DNA of 64,000 bases from Candidatus Pacearchaeota archaeon (GCA_026002795.1 BPGA01000001.1:91470-155469); one strand, 5' to 3'; numbered from the stretch's first letter, positions 26,900-36,918 are shown. Notes: generated by a model not told the origin, from the letters alone. Translations and numbers: made by a program.

Positions 26900-27538
26900 A
26901 TGGAAGACCGCAGAATTAATAAGGCTCATCACAGGTTAATAAGAAAACACGCTCCTAAAAGCATTAAAAAAATAAAAAGATTTTTTTATTTTAAGTATTA
27001 TAAGTTTATTTTTTTCCTTTTTTTGGTATTATTAGCTTATTATATTTTTAGTCTTAATTTTACAAAAAGCTTTATAGAAAATTTAGAAGAATTTAGTTAT
27101 ATCGGAAGTTTTATTGCTGGTTTTTTTATGGCTTATGGTTTTTCAGCTCCTTTTGGGATTGCTTATTTTTTAATTTTGGAATCGAAAAATTTAATATTTC
27201 ATGCAATTTTAGGAGGAATTGGAGCTGCTTTTGGAGATTTTGTTATTTTTAAATTTATTAAGTTGTCTTTAAAAAAGGAATTCTATGAATTAAAAAAAGT
27301 AAGTATTATAAAGGGTATAGAAAATGCAATAAAAAACAATAAAAACATCTTAATTAGACATTATTTGATTTATGTTTTTGCAGGCATAATTATTGCTCTT
27401 CCGGTTTTTCCTGACGAATTTGGTGTTTCAATGCTCGCTGGATTAACGACTGTAAAGATTAAAAAACTTTTAATTATCGCTTTTATTTTACATAGTTTAG
27501 CTATTTTTTTAATTTTATATTTTGGTTTTGTATTTTAG
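26900..27538 (+). CDS. Polytopic membrane protein, function unknown.
   Basis: Track ORF of 212 aa with 5-6 hydrophobic helices. Confidence 0.5.
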   Translation: MEDRRINKAHHRLIRKHAPKSIKKIKRFFYFKYYKFIFFLFLVLLAYYIFSLNFTKSFIENLEEFSYIGSFIAGFFMAYGFSAPFGIAYFLILESKNLIFHAILGGIGAAFGDFVIFKFIKLSLKKEFYELKKVSIIKGIENAIKNNKNILIRHYLIYVFAGIIIALPVFPDEFGVSMLAGLTTVKIKKLLIIAFILHSLAIFLILYFGFVF

Positions 27539-27605
27539 TTTAATTATAACAAAACTCTTTTAAAGAAAAAACACTCTATTTTAAAAAATTTAAATAAATT
27601 TTAAA

Positions 27606-27678
27606 GCCCCTGTAGTTCAGTGGCCAAGAATGCAGCCCTCTCACGGCTGTGACCCGAGTTCGAATCTCGGCGGGGGCG
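27606..27678 (+). tRNA. tRNA-Glu with anticodon CTC.
   Basis: Hand fold: acceptor GCCCCTG/CGGGGGC (one G-U pair), anticodon stem CAGCC/GGCTG, loop CT-CTC-AC, T arm CCGAG-TTCGAAT-CTCGG. Confidence 0.85.
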
Positions 27679-27694
27679 TTTTTTATTTATTTGT

Positions 27695-28033
27695 TTATTT
27701 ATTGTTGTTTTTTAAAGATGTATAAAAAGAATAAAAAGAATCCAATTCCTCTAATGTTATTGGGTAATCAACCCACAATTTTTCTTTTTCTTCTTCTGGT
27801 TTTTCTAAAGTTTTAATATCATCTCTTTGATTTATTCTAAAACCTAAATATAAAAATTGAGATGCAAGTCCTTCTAAATTTTCATCAACAATTACTCTTC
27901 TTTTAAAAAATAACCTATTGCTATTTTTAAATTCTGCAATTGCTGCATACGATTTTTCTCCATTAAAAAACTCTCTTCTAGAAAGAGTACATTTAACATA
28001 AAAAGGTTTTATTTTTAATTTTTTCTCGTTCAT
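27695..28033 (-). CDS. Hypothetical protein.
   Basis: Track ORF of 112 aa. No motif recognised. Confidence 0.4.
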   Translation of the reverse strand: MNEKKLKIKPFYVKCTLSRREFFNGEKSYAAIAEFKNSNRLFFKRRVIVDENLEGLASQFLYLGFRINQRDDIKTLEKPEEEKEKLWVDYPITLEELDSFYSFYTSLKNNNK

Positions 28034-28136
28034 TTTAATAATTTTTTTTATTTTAAAATTATTTTTAAAATTTGTTGAAATTGAGTTGAATAATCTATCT
28101 AGAAAATTTTAAAAATAAGATTTTCCAGATTTTTAT

Positions 28137-28253
28137 ATGAAAAGAAGTTCAAGAAGGTGGAAAAAAAAGCGCCAGATGAGGTGGAAATGGCAGCGTAAAA
28201 GATTAAAAAAAGAAAAGAGAAAAAGAAAACTTAAAAGATTAAGAAGCAAATAA
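28137..28253 (+). CDS. rpl41e: Ribosomal protein eL41 (L41e), 38 aa, not in the ORF track.
   Basis: Hand translation: MKRSSRRWKKKRQMRWKWQRKRLKKEKRKRKLKRLRSK. This is an extreme Arg/Lys peptide of L41e type, with a TATA-like TTTTAAAAATAAG about 25 nt upstream. Confidence 0.65.
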   Translation: MKRSSRRWKKKRQMRWKWQRKRLKKEKRKRKLKRLRSK

Positions 28254-28353
28254 GAAAACTAAAATAAGTTATTTTATATGAATTCTTTTAAATTTTTTTA
28301 AAATTTCTTTCTTAAACAACAATATTTATTAACTGTTCACGATAAAAAAAGAT

Positions 28354-29316
28354 ATGGTATCTGAAATATGGACAGAAAAATATAGGCCTTCTAAGTTTTC
28401 AGAGGTTGTCGGACAAGACGATGTTGTGAAAAGAATTGAATCTTTAGTTAATTCTTTGAACATTCCTCATTTACTCTTTGCTGGACCTGCTGGAACAGGT
28501 AAGTCAACTCTTGCTTTAATAATAGTTAAAGAACTTTTTGGTCAAAATTGGAAAGAGAATTATCTTGAATTGAATGCTTCTGATGAAAGGGGGATTAATG
28601 TAATTAGGGAAAAAGTCAAGAGTTTTGCAAGAACAAAATCTATAGGAAATGCTCCTTTTAAAGTAATTTTTTTAGATGAGGCTGATGCTCTAACTCCAGA
28701 AGCTCAGCACGCTTTAAGAAGAACAATGGAAAATTTTTCAGGAACTTGTAGATTTATTCTTTCTTGCAATTACTCTACAAAAATAATAGATCCTATACAA
28801 TCGAGATGTGCTTTGTTTAGATTTAAACTTTTAGAAAAAAAAGATATTGAAAAAGTACTTAAAAGAATTGCAGAAAAAGAAAAATTAGAAATAAAAGAAG
28901 AGTCTATTGAACTTATTTATGAAAGCAGCGAGGGAGATTGTAGAAGAGCAATAAACATTTTACAAGCAATTTCTTCTATTTCACCTGTTATAACGCCAGA
29001 ACTTGTCTCTGCTGTTGTTTCTGGAGCAAAACCAAAAGATATCAGAGTTGTTTTAGATTATGCTATTTCGGGAGATTTTCAGTCAGCTAGAGAAAAACTT
29101 CTTGATATTATGTTGCGTGAGAGCATTTCAGGCCAAGATGTTATAAAACATATACAAAAAGAAATTTGGAATCTACCTATAGAACCAACACTAAAAGTCA
29201 AATTAATAGAAAAAACAGGAGAAATTGAATTTAGAATTGTAGAAGGCAGCGATCCTTTTGTACAACTTCAGAGCCTTCTTGCTAGTTTTGTTCTTGCTGG
29301 TAGGGGTTTAGATTAA
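28354..29316 (+). CDS. rfcS: Replication factor C small subunit.
   Basis: WTEKYRP, GPAGTGKST, FLDEADALT, QSRCALFRF. Confidence 0.92.
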   Translation: MVSEIWTEKYRPSKFSEVVGQDDVVKRIESLVNSLNIPHLLFAGPAGTGKSTLALIIVKELFGQNWKENYLELNASDERGINVIREKVKSFARTKSIGNAPFKVIFLDEADALTPEAQHALRRTMENFSGTCRFILSCNYSTKIIDPIQSRCALFRFKLLEKKDIEKVLKRIAEKEKLEIKEESIELIYESSEGDCRRAINILQAISSISPVITPELVSAVVSGAKPKDIRVVLDYAISGDFQSAREKLLDIMLRESISGQDVIKHIQKEIWNLPIEPTLKVKLIEKTGEIEFRIVEGSDPFVQLQSLLASFVLAGRGLD

Positions 29317-29377
29317 ATTTTTTTAGATTAAAAAATTTTTAATATAGAAAGTAAATTAGTATAATAAATTAAACAAA

Positions 29378-30583
29378 ATGAATGAAAAAAAAGATATAAA
29401 AAAAGAAACTTTTGAAGTTAGTTGGATAGAAAAATATAGACCAAAAAAGATTAGTGAAATAAGGGGTCAAAATCAAGCAATAGATAAAATAAAAGTTTTT
29501 CTTAAAAATTTTCCGAATAAAAGAGCTGCAATTCTTTATGGTCCTCCTGGAACAGGAAAAACAAGTATTGTTTACGCTCTTGCTAATGAACTTAATTCAG
29601 AAATTTTAGAGTTAAATGCCTCTGATTTAAGAAGCGAAGAAAGGCTTATCTCAGTTTTAAAACCTGCAATTGAGCAAAAATCTTTAACTAAAGAAAGTAA
29701 AATAATTCTTATTGATGAGGTTGATGGAATTTCAAAAGAAGATGAAAACTGCATTAGCCAGATTATAAAAATATGTGGATCAAGCTTTTATCCTATTTTT
29801 CTAACTGCAAATGACATTTGGGATAGAAAATTTGTTGAAATAAGAAATGTTGCAGACATCGTTCCGTTTAAAGAAATTGACTATAAAACAGCAAAAGAAT
29901 TTTTAGTTGATATTTTGAAAAAAGAAAAAAAATTTTTAGATAATGATATCATAACAAACATAGTAATAAAATCTAAAGGTGATTTAAGGGCAGCAATAAA
30001 TGATTTACAAGTAGCAGCTATTTTAGAGGAACCATCAAAGTTCTTAATTCATGAAAGAAATAAAGAAATAGATATTTTTAGCGCATTAAGAATTATTTTA
30101 AAGGGCAAACCCCAACTGGAATTTTTAAGACTTTTTGATTCTGTTGATAAAAATTTAGACGAAATTTTTCTTTGGATAGAGGAAAACATACCTCTTGAAT
30201 ATAAAGATAAAGAGCTTTTGAGAGCTTATGAGATTTTAAGCAGAGTGGATATTTTTAGGAGAAGAATAAATAGACAGCAATACTGGAGATTTTTAGTTTA
30301 TCAGAATGATTTGTTAAGTTATGGTATTTCAAGTGCAAAAGAGTCTGAAAAATTTGGATTTACAAGTTATAAAAAACCAACAAGAGTTTTAAAAATGTGG
30401 TTAAACAATCAAAAAACAGAAATAAAAAAATCAATAATCCAAAAATATGCAAGATACATACACGTAAGTGAAAAAAAAGCAATGCAAGAGTTTCCAATAA
30501 TAAAGAAGATCTTATTAAAGCAAGAAATCCAGAAAGAACTTGGACTTACAGAAGGAGAAATAGCTTATCTTAAAGAAAACTGA
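29378..30583 (+). CDS. rfcL: Replication factor C large subunit.
   Basis: [28 protein letters not shown], and adjacency to rfcS. Confidence 0.88.
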   Translation: MNEKKDIKKETFEVSWIEKYRPKKISEIRGQNQAIDKIKVFLKNFPNKRAAILYGPPGTGKTSIVYALANELNSEILELNASDLRSEERLISVLKPAIEQKSLTKESKIILIDEVDGISKEDENCISQIIKICGSSFYPIFLTANDIWDRKFVEIRNVADIVPFKEIDYKTAKEFLVDILKKEKKFLDNDIITNIVIKSKGDLRAAINDLQVAAILEEPSKFLIHERNKEIDIFSALRIILKGKPQLEFLRLFDSVDKNLDEIFLWIEENIPLEYKDKELLRAYEILSRVDIFRRRINRQQYWRFLVYQNDLLSYGISSAKESEKFGFTSYKKPTRVLKMWLNNQKTEIKKSIIQKYARYIHVSEKKAMQEFPIIKKILLKQEIQKELGLTEGEIAYLKEN

Positions 30584-30678
30584 ATTAAAAATTAAACTTA
30601 ATAACAATTTTAAATTTTTAAAATTTTCTTTATGATAAAAACAATTAAAAATCAGTAGATGTTTTTATAAGGATAAAA

Positions 30679-31995
30679 ATGGCTTATGATATTGTAATTG
30701 GAAGAGACGATTCTGACAAAAAAGTTTTTGGAAATAAAGGTCTTGTTTTTATTGGTAAAGGATATGTTCATATGGGTCAGTATACTTCTTTAAGTAACAG
30801 AATCTTAATGGATGTAGCAAGAAGTCATGTTATTCTGGTCGCTGGAAAAAGAGGTAGTGGAAAATCATACACAATGGGAGTTATCGCAGAAGAGCTTTCT
30901 AATCTTCCTAAGGATGTAAGCCAGAATATAGCTTCTTTAATTTTTGACACTATGGGGATTTACTGGACTATGAAATTTAAAAATGAAAAAGATAGAGTCT
31001 TGCTAGAAGAATGGGGTTTAAAACCTCAAAATCTTCCAATAAGAATTTTTGTTCCTTATGGTTTTTTTGATGATTATACTGAAAAAGGAATTCCTGTCGA
31101 TGAGGTTTTTGCTTTAGATGTGTCTGAGTTAAATGCAGAAGATTGGATTTTGACTTTTGGTCTTGATATAATAAATCCGGTTTCTGTTTTAATTCAAAGG
31201 GTTTTAAATAAATTAAAAATAAAAAAGAAGTTTTACATAGATGATATAATTTCTTTTATAAATAAAGAAGAAAAAACTTCTATTGAAATTAAGAACGCTG
31301 CAATTTCTCTTTTTGAGGCTGCTAATACATGGGGAGTTTTTGCAAAAAAAGGAATTAGTGAAACACAAGTTAAAGATCTTGTAAAGGGGGGGTTTACTAG
31401 TGTTTTGGATTTAAGCATTTATAATTCTGTAGGTGCATTTAATGTTAGAGCTCTTGTGATAAGCTTAATATGCAGAAAAATTTTTAATCAGAGGATGTTA
31501 GCTAGAAAAAAAGAGGAGATTGATGCTGTTTCAAAAATAGCTTCTCTTTCTTTAGAAACAGAAAAAAAAGAAAATCCTCTTGTCTGGATTTTTATAGACG
31601 AAGCTCATGAGTTTCTTCCTAAAGAAGGAAAAACTGTTGCAACAGACTCTTTAATACAACTTTTGCGTGAAGGAAGACAACCTGGAATTTCAGTTGTACT
31701 TGCAACACAACAACCTGGCCAAATACACCATGATGTTATGACACAGTCTGATATTGTTATAGCTCACCGTGTTACATCAAAAACAGATGTTGAAGCACTA
31801 AATTATATAATGCAATCTTATGTTCTTGAGAGCATAAAAAAACAAATGGATGATTTACCGCCGTTAAAGGGAAGTGCGATAATTTTGGATGATAATTCAG
31901 AGAGAATTTATCCTATAAGAGTAAGACCAAGATTTACTTGGCATGGTGGAGAGGCACCAACAGCAATAGAAAAAGAAAAAAGTTTAAAAGTTTAG
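30679..31995 (+). CDS. HerA/FtsK-superfamily P-loop ATPase (DUF87-like).
   Basis: SHVILVAGKRGSGKSYTMGVIAEEL (Walker A), WIFIDEAHEFLP (Walker B), VVLATQQPGQI. Confidence 0.6.
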   Translation: MAYDIVIGRDDSDKKVFGNKGLVFIGKGYVHMGQYTSLSNRILMDVARSHVILVAGKRGSGKSYTMGVIAEELSNLPKDVSQNIASLIFDTMGIYWTMKFKNEKDRVLLEEWGLKPQNLPIRIFVPYGFFDDYTEKGIPVDEVFALDVSELNAEDWILTFGLDIINPVSVLIQRVLNKLKIKKKFYIDDIISFINKEEKTSIEIKNAAISLFEAANTWGVFAKKGISETQVKDLVKGGFTSVLDLSIYNSVGAFNVRALVISLICRKIFNQRMLARKKEEIDAVSKIASLSLETEKKENPLVWIFIDEAHEFLPKEGKTVATDSLIQLLREGRQPGISVVLATQQPGQIHHDVMTQSDIVIAHRVTSKTDVEALNYIMQSYVLESIKKQMDDLPPLKGSAIILDDNSERIYPIRVRPRFTWHGGEAPTAIEKEKSLKV

Positions 31996-32011
31996 AGAAG
32001 ATAGAAATTTT

Positions 32012-32218
32012 ATGAAAACGCCTTATTACAACACAGAGATAAGTCAAAAAATAAAAGATGATTACAAACCTTATGGAATTTCTAGAAGAGAGGCTGATTC
32101 TATTGTAGGTGATTTTGTTTTTGGTGTTTTAGTAAGAGAAGTAAGAAAGGCTGGAGAAAGAAACGAAATTGAAAAAAGAAATAAAAAAGTAAAATCTATT
32201 GAATCTTTATGTAAATAA
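32012..32218 (+). CDS. Hypothetical small protein downstream of the HerA-like ATPase.
   Basis: Track ORF of 68 aa, 16 nt after the upstream stop. Confidence 0.35.
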   Translation: MKTPYYNTEISQKIKDDYKPYGISRREADSIVGDFVFGVLVREVRKAGERNEIEKRNKKVKSIESLCK

Positions 32219-32238
32219 CAAAATAAGAAATTAAGATA

Positions 32239-33036
32239 TCAGTTTAAAACAATAAAATCAACCCTGACCCTAAATTTATAAGGAGCAATCTCACCGGATT
32301 TTTTAACTTTTAATATTTTTATTTTTTTTCTTAATTTTTTTGCCTCCAATTTAATTTTTTCAATAACAGAATCAATTTCGTCCTCTTTACAAAAATCATA
32401 ATAAAAAATCTTTGTTCCTTTTTTACTTAACATAAATGCCTCTTTCAAAAAATTTTCTTTTAGTTGAGGCCGCGGCATAACAATTGCATCAAATTTCTTA
32501 TTTTGTTTTTTTAGTTTTATCGCGATTTTTTTAATGTTTCCTGGAAGTAAAATAACTTTATCTTTTAGCTTATTTAGCTCTATGTTAAGCTTAGCATATT
32601 TGTTTGCTTCTCTATTTATTTCATTAGAATAAACCTCTTTTGCCATAGAATTTTTTGCTATAACAATAGAGTAAGGAGCTACTCCTGCAAACATAACTAA
32701 AACTTTATCTCCTTTTTTTATTTTTTCTGCTATTTCTTTTCTTTCAGAACTTAATCTCGGAGAAAAATAAACTTTGTCTACATTAAACCTGAAAATACAG
32801 CTGTTTTCTTTGTATAATGCTTCTTTAGTTTTTTCTCCTGCAAGGTATTTTGTTTCTTGTTTTCTTAAGCGGCCTTTAAATTTTCCTGTTTTTTCTAAAA
32901 CGGTTTTTATTGATTTATTTTGTCTTAAAATTTTTTCAGCGTAATTTTTTTTGTCTTTATTTTTCATTCCTTTAGGAAATTTAATAATTGCTATATTTCC
33001 AAGAACATCAAAAGATCTAATATTTTTTTTAATCAT
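32239..33036 (-). CDS. trm5: tRNA methyltransferase of the Trm5/Taw2 (Met-10+) family.
   Basis: FDVLGNIAIIKFP, VYFSPRLSSERKEIA, VLVMFAGVAPYSIVIAK. Confidence 0.7.
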   Translation of the reverse strand: MIKKNIRSFDVLGNIAIIKFPKGMKNKDKKNYAEKILRQNKSIKTVLEKTGKFKGRLRKQETKYLAGEKTKEALYKENSCIFRFNVDKVYFSPRLSSERKEIAEKIKKGDKVLVMFAGVAPYSIVIAKNSMAKEVYSNEINREANKYAKLNIELNKLKDKVILLPGNIKKIAIKLKKQNKKFDAIVMPRPQLKENFLKEAFMLSKKGTKIFYYDFCKEDEIDSVIEKIKLEAKKLRKKIKILKVKKSGEIAPYKFRVRVDFIVLN

Positions 33037-33056
33037 AAATTATCTCATGATTAAAT

Positions 33057-33066
33057 TTATAAATAT
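33057..33066 (+). promoter_or_regulatory. TATA-box-like TTTATAAATA, 18 nt upstream of the ATG at 33085.
   Basis: Direct reading. Confidence 0.5.
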
Positions 33067-33084
33067 CTTTTCATTTTATATTTT

Positions 33085-33393
33085 ATGAGATTCAAGTTTT
33101 TATTTTTTGGTGTTTTAATAGGAGTTTTATCTTATTTTTTTGGTGGTGATTATATGTTGTATGGTTTAGCAATTGCAATATTGCTTGTTCTAATTGGTCT
33201 TTTTACAGGAAGAAAAAAGAGATTTCCTGAAGCGTATTTTGGAGCTAAAAGTCCATATGATGCAAGAATGATGCCTGCATTAACTCCTGACAAAATTAAG
33301 GAAATTGAAAAAAGAAAAAGAAAAGAAGCTGAAATGATTAAAAAACAGCATGTAATGCAAATGAGAGCTCTTGATAAAAAATATGGAGTTTAA
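33085..33393 (+). CDS. Small two-TM membrane protein with a basic C-terminal tail.
   Basis: Track ORF of 102 aa. Confidence 0.45.
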   Translation: MRFKFLFFGVLIGVLSYFFGGDYMLYGLAIAILLVLIGLFTGRKKRFPEAYFGAKSPYDARMMPALTPDKIKEIEKRKRKEAEMIKKQHVMQMRALDKKYGV

Positions 33394-33476
33394 CAAATTT
33401 TTGATAATTTTTTAATTTTTATTTAGTCTTATTAAAAATAAAAAATAGTGGATTTAACTCTATTTTTTTAAAAAAG

Positions 33477-33486
33477 TTTATAAGTA
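33477..33486 (+). promoter_or_regulatory. TATA-box-like TTTATAAGTA, 19 nt upstream of the ATG at 33506.
   Basis: Direct reading. Confidence 0.45.
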
Positions 33487-33505
33487 TGGTTATTTTGTAT
33501 TGTAA

Positions 33506-34717
33506 ATGAAAAAACAATTATTTTTTTTGTTTTTTTTAATGATTTACCTTTCTTATTTTGTTAGCGCTCAAAGTTTTTCTGATTTTTTTCAGGGTGTTGA
33601 TTTAGGATTCTTAAGTTTATTACTTGTTTTTGTTATTTTTTCTGTTTTTATATCTTGGATTCTAAACAGAGCTGGAATTTTTAGAGATGCTTATGGAAAT
33701 CCAACAACAGCAACAACTGTTGTTTCAGCTGCTATGGCTGCTTTAATAGTTATTGGCTGGTATAAACAAGGTATAAATCTAAGCTATTTTTTTGTAAGTG
33801 TTGGGGTTCCTATAGATTCTTTGTATTTGGTTTTTTCTGTGATTGTTTTAATTGGAATAATTTTTTTGATTTTTAGGTTTGGTTTTGGCGGGGTTCTATT
33901 TTTTGGTGGTGTTTTTCTTATTGCAATAAACTACCTTACAGATTTCTTCTATGAAAAAGATATTGTTTATGCTGTTGGTGCTGGAGCTGCTTTGATCGGA
34001 CTTTTAATGTGGAATAAAACAAGAAAGAAGATGATTTCTGGAGGTAAGATGTTTGGAAGAGGATTAATCAGTGGAGGAAAGTTTGCTGGTGAAAAGATGA
34101 TAGAGGGAGGAAAGTTTATAAGAAGTAGATATGACTGGGAGAAAGAAAAAAGGCAGTGGAAAGCCGGAACTCCTGTTATTTTTTTAGGAGTTCTCGTTAT
34201 GATACTTGGTTTCCTTATAAATCAGATAATTGTTATTGTTGTTGGTGCTGTCTTAGTTTTGATCGGACTTTTAATAAATAGTAAGACAAGAAGTAGAATG
34301 ATTTCTGCAGGTAAAATGGTTGGAAGAGGATTAATCAGTGGAGGAAAGTTTATAAGAAGTAGATATGACTGGGAGAAAGAAAAAAGGCAGTGGAAAGGCA
34401 GAACACATGTTTTAATTTTGGGAATTCTTGTTTTTATTTTAGGATTAGTTTTAAATCAAATTTATATTATGGGTGTGGGAGTTGTATTATTTTTAATTGG
34501 TGTTTGGTTGTGGGCTAGAAAAAGACCAGGGCTTTATAGACCTTTAACTCCAAAGTATTATCCAATACAAGAAAAAAGACAATTAAAAGCCGGAACTCCT
34601 GTTATGTTTTTAGGAGCTCTTGTTGTAATATTTGGTTTCCTTATAAATCAGATAATTGTTATTGCTGTTGGTGCTGTCTTAGTTTTGATTGGTTTAATTA
34701 CACGTCTAAGAAGATAA
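33506..34717 (+). CDS. Polytopic membrane protein built from three recently duplicated modules.
   Basis: The module (GGKFIRSRYDWEKEKRQWKAGTPVIFLG..LINQIIVI.VGAVLVLIGL) occurs three times. Exact DNA repeats are 58 nt at 34106-34163 and 34340-34397, and 31 nt at 34054-34084 and 34321-34351. Confidence 0.6.
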   Translation: MKKQLFFLFFLMIYLSYFVSAQSFSDFFQGVDLGFLSLLLVFVIFSVFISWILNRAGIFRDAYGNPTTATTVVSAAMAALIVIGWYKQGINLSYFFVSVGVPIDSLYLVFSVIVLIGIIFLIFRFGFGGVLFFGGVFLIAINYLTDFFYEKDIVYAVGAGAALIGLLMWNKTRKKMISGGKMFGRGLISGGKFAGEKMIEGGKFIRSRYDWEKEKRQWKAGTPVIFLGVLVMILGFLINQIIVIVVGAVLVLIGLLINSKTRSRMISAGKMVGRGLISGGKFIRSRYDWEKEKRQWKGRTHVLILGILVFILGLVLNQIYIMGVGVVLFLIGVWLWARKRPGLYRPLTPKYYPIQEKRQLKAGTPVMFLGALVVIFGFLINQIIVIAVGAVLVLIGLITRLRR

Positions 34718-34760
34718 AAAGTTATTTTTAGAAATGTGTTTTTAGAAAATTTTAAATCTA

Positions 34761-35246
34761 TTAATCTTTTTTTCTATCTTTTTTATTTTTAATTTTTCCA
34801 AAAAAATCACCTACATCATTTACAACACCTTCAAGATCCTTAATTAACCTCTTACCTTTATAGATGTTTGCTACATCTCTTCCTAAAGTATATGCCATAG
34901 AAGCATTGAAAGGTAAACTTACATAAGAGTTGTAATCTCCATTAGCAATAGAAAATGCGTCAGCAACTGTAGAAATTCCATAAAAACATAAACCACCTAC
35001 TTTCGATAATCTTGTATATTTACTTTCCCTAAAATCCTCAGAAAAACTTCCAATAATATCTAAAGTTCCAAAGATTACTGCGCCGTAAGAATTCGCTGCA
35101 TCTGACATTTTGTTTAAGGCTCTATTCAAAAATCCAGGAACTTCAACAAATCTTCTTAATAAATTTACAGCACTTGGAATAATAAAATTAGTTCCATAAA
35201 CTAATGTTCTTAATTTTGTTTGACTTATGTTTTTAAGCTTAACCAT
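34761..35246 (-). CDS. Hypothetical protein.
   Basis: Track ORF of 161 aa. No motif recognised. Confidence 0.4.
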   Translation of the reverse strand: MVKLKNISQTKLRTLVYGTNFIIPSAVNLLRRFVEVPGFLNRALNKMSDAANSYGAVIFGTLDIIGSFSEDFRESKYTRLSKVGGLCFYGISTVADAFSIANGDYNSYVSLPFNASMAYTLGRDVANIYKGKRLIKDLEGVVNDVGDFFGKIKNKKDRKKD

Positions 35247-35352
35247 TTTCTTATTTTATAACTATCTGTTAGTAGTAATTATTATTTTGTAGTAGTAATA
35301 CTTTATAAATCTTTCGGTTTTTGAAGAACTAAATAAAAAATAGTTGAATCAG

Positions 35353-36393
35353 CTAAATCCAATCAGAAAGCCCTTTTTGTTTTTTTGCCTTTTCTACTTC
35401 ACGAATTTTTTCAAGTTGTTTTTCAACTCTTTCTTCTGAAAAATCATGTTCTTGAACAAGAATTTTTTTTATTTTTTCTTCGTTAACTTTTGGAAATTTT
35501 ATTTCTGGTAGAATAACTTTTGGTTTATGAAATAATTCAAAAATTTCTTTCCAATCAAATCTTTTCTCTTCTGGTAAAGACATTATTTGCTCTTCAACAC
35601 TTTTAAAAATTAAAACAGGTTTTTTGTATCTTTTAACTATTGATAAAGCTTTTTTTTGACCTATACCAGGTATTCCTCCTGGATTGTAATCAGTACCAAT
35701 TAGAATACCAAGACAAATTAACTGGTCAAGATTTATTTCTAAAAAATTTAAAACTCTTTCTAGTTCAATAAGTTCTGGTTTTATTTCTTGCCAACCTGAA
35801 AAAGTCTTTCTTTTTTTGGCAAGACCGAGATTTCTTATAAGCCTTGTAGCTCCAAATAATAAAGAATCATAATCCTGGCTCACAGCTGCATAAATCTCTC
35901 TTTTTACTTTTGTAAGATACGCTGCTTCTGCCTCACCTTCTCCAGGTGCTTGAACAACAGCGATTCCTAATGCTTCTAAAAGCTCTTTACTTTCTTTAAT
36001 CATTTCTTCATTAAGCTTTACAAGTTGAGAGCTATAACGCTTCATTGCCTCTAAATCCATAACTTTTTTAGCTTCTTCATATCTTTCTTTTGCAATATCT
36101 TTTAAATTGCTTCTAATTTCGTGTGTTTTATATTTAAGTTCTGGCGGCTTTCCGTCGAAAACATAGATAATTTTTATACCATCGCTAATTAAATTTACAT
36201 TTCTATAAAATAAACCAGAAAGATGGCTTGTTATCCTGTTTTGATTATCCATTAAAGGTGTTCCGTCTGGTTGTCTTATTGTAGATAAAAACTGATAGAT
36301 TATGTTGTATGCATCAACACAAACCGTTTTTCCCTTTAACTCTGAAATTTCTATTTCTTTTCTTGGAACTATGTCTTTAATATCTAAACCCAT
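35353..36393 (-). CDS. fen: Flap endonuclease 1.
   Basis: MGLDIKDIV, VCVDAYNIIYQFL, VFDGKPPELK, APGEGEAEAAYL, GTDYNPGGIPGIG, and a C-terminal PIP-box QKGLSDWI. Confidence 0.93.
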   Translation of the reverse strand: MGLDIKDIVPRKEIEISELKGKTVCVDAYNIIYQFLSTIRQPDGTPLMDNQNRITSHLSGLFYRNVNLISDGIKIIYVFDGKPPELKYKTHEIRSNLKDIAKERYEEAKKVMDLEAMKRYSSQLVKLNEEMIKESKELLEALGIAVVQAPGEGEAEAAYLTKVKREIYAAVSQDYDSLLFGATRLIRNLGLAKKRKTFSGWQEIKPELIELERVLNFLEINLDQLICLGILIGTDYNPGGIPGIGQKKALSIVKRYKKPVLIFKSVEEQIMSLPEEKRFDWKEIFELFHKPKVILPEIKFPKVNEEKIKKILVQEHDFSEERVEKQLEKIREVEKAKKQKGLSDWI

Positions 36394-36434
36394 TAAAAAA
36401 AAAGAAAGATCAAATATAAATAATTATCTCATAG

Positions 36435-36845
36435 TTATCTTAAAAGGAAAGCCTCTTCTATAGACTTTCTATTCCTTTTTTTTATTTCCATTAAAAATTC
36501 TGGATTATGTTTTTCAAGCTCAGTTTTTATTTCTTCTCTAATTTCTCTTAAATATTGTAATGCTTCTTTCCTCGACATTTTTGAGTATGCTTTTACAGGA
36601 TATCCTGCCTCTCTTAACTCTTTAAACCTATTTTTTAATTCTTTAAGTGTTATATACTCTCCCTCTTCTAACTCTGGAAATCTTGATAATGCAACAAGTG
36701 CAACTCTTTCAAGGTAACTTAGTTCTAAATTTTTTGTCCTTTCTCTAGAGAAAAAATATTTTATTCTATCATTTACTTCTAGATCGCTTTCATAAGTTCC
36801 GATTTCTCTTTCTCTATAATTTTCTCTTCTCATAAAATTAGCCAA
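36435..36845 (-). CDS. Hypothetical protein between fen and polB.
   Basis: Track ORF of 136 aa, helical and charged. No motif recognised. Confidence 0.4.
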   Translation of the reverse strand: MANFMRRENYREREIGTYESDLEVNDRIKYFFSRERTKNLELSYLERVALVALSRFPELEEGEYITLKELKNRFKELREAGYPVKAYSKMSRKEALQYLREIREEIKTELEKHNPEFLMEIKKRNRKSIEEAFLLR

Positions 36846-36918
36846 AAACTAAGATATATAAATGTTTCTTATAAACTTCTTAAGACAAATTTAAATAACT
36901 AGAACAATTTGAAGTATA

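Noticed and set aside
36846-36918. A replication origin near the replication gene cluster (RFC, FEN1, PolB), also considered for other intergenic regions such as 42994-43232.
   Set aside because: The intergenic spacers are short. I found no repeated ORB-like elements flanking an AT-rich unwinding region, and no orc1/cdc6 gene is present.
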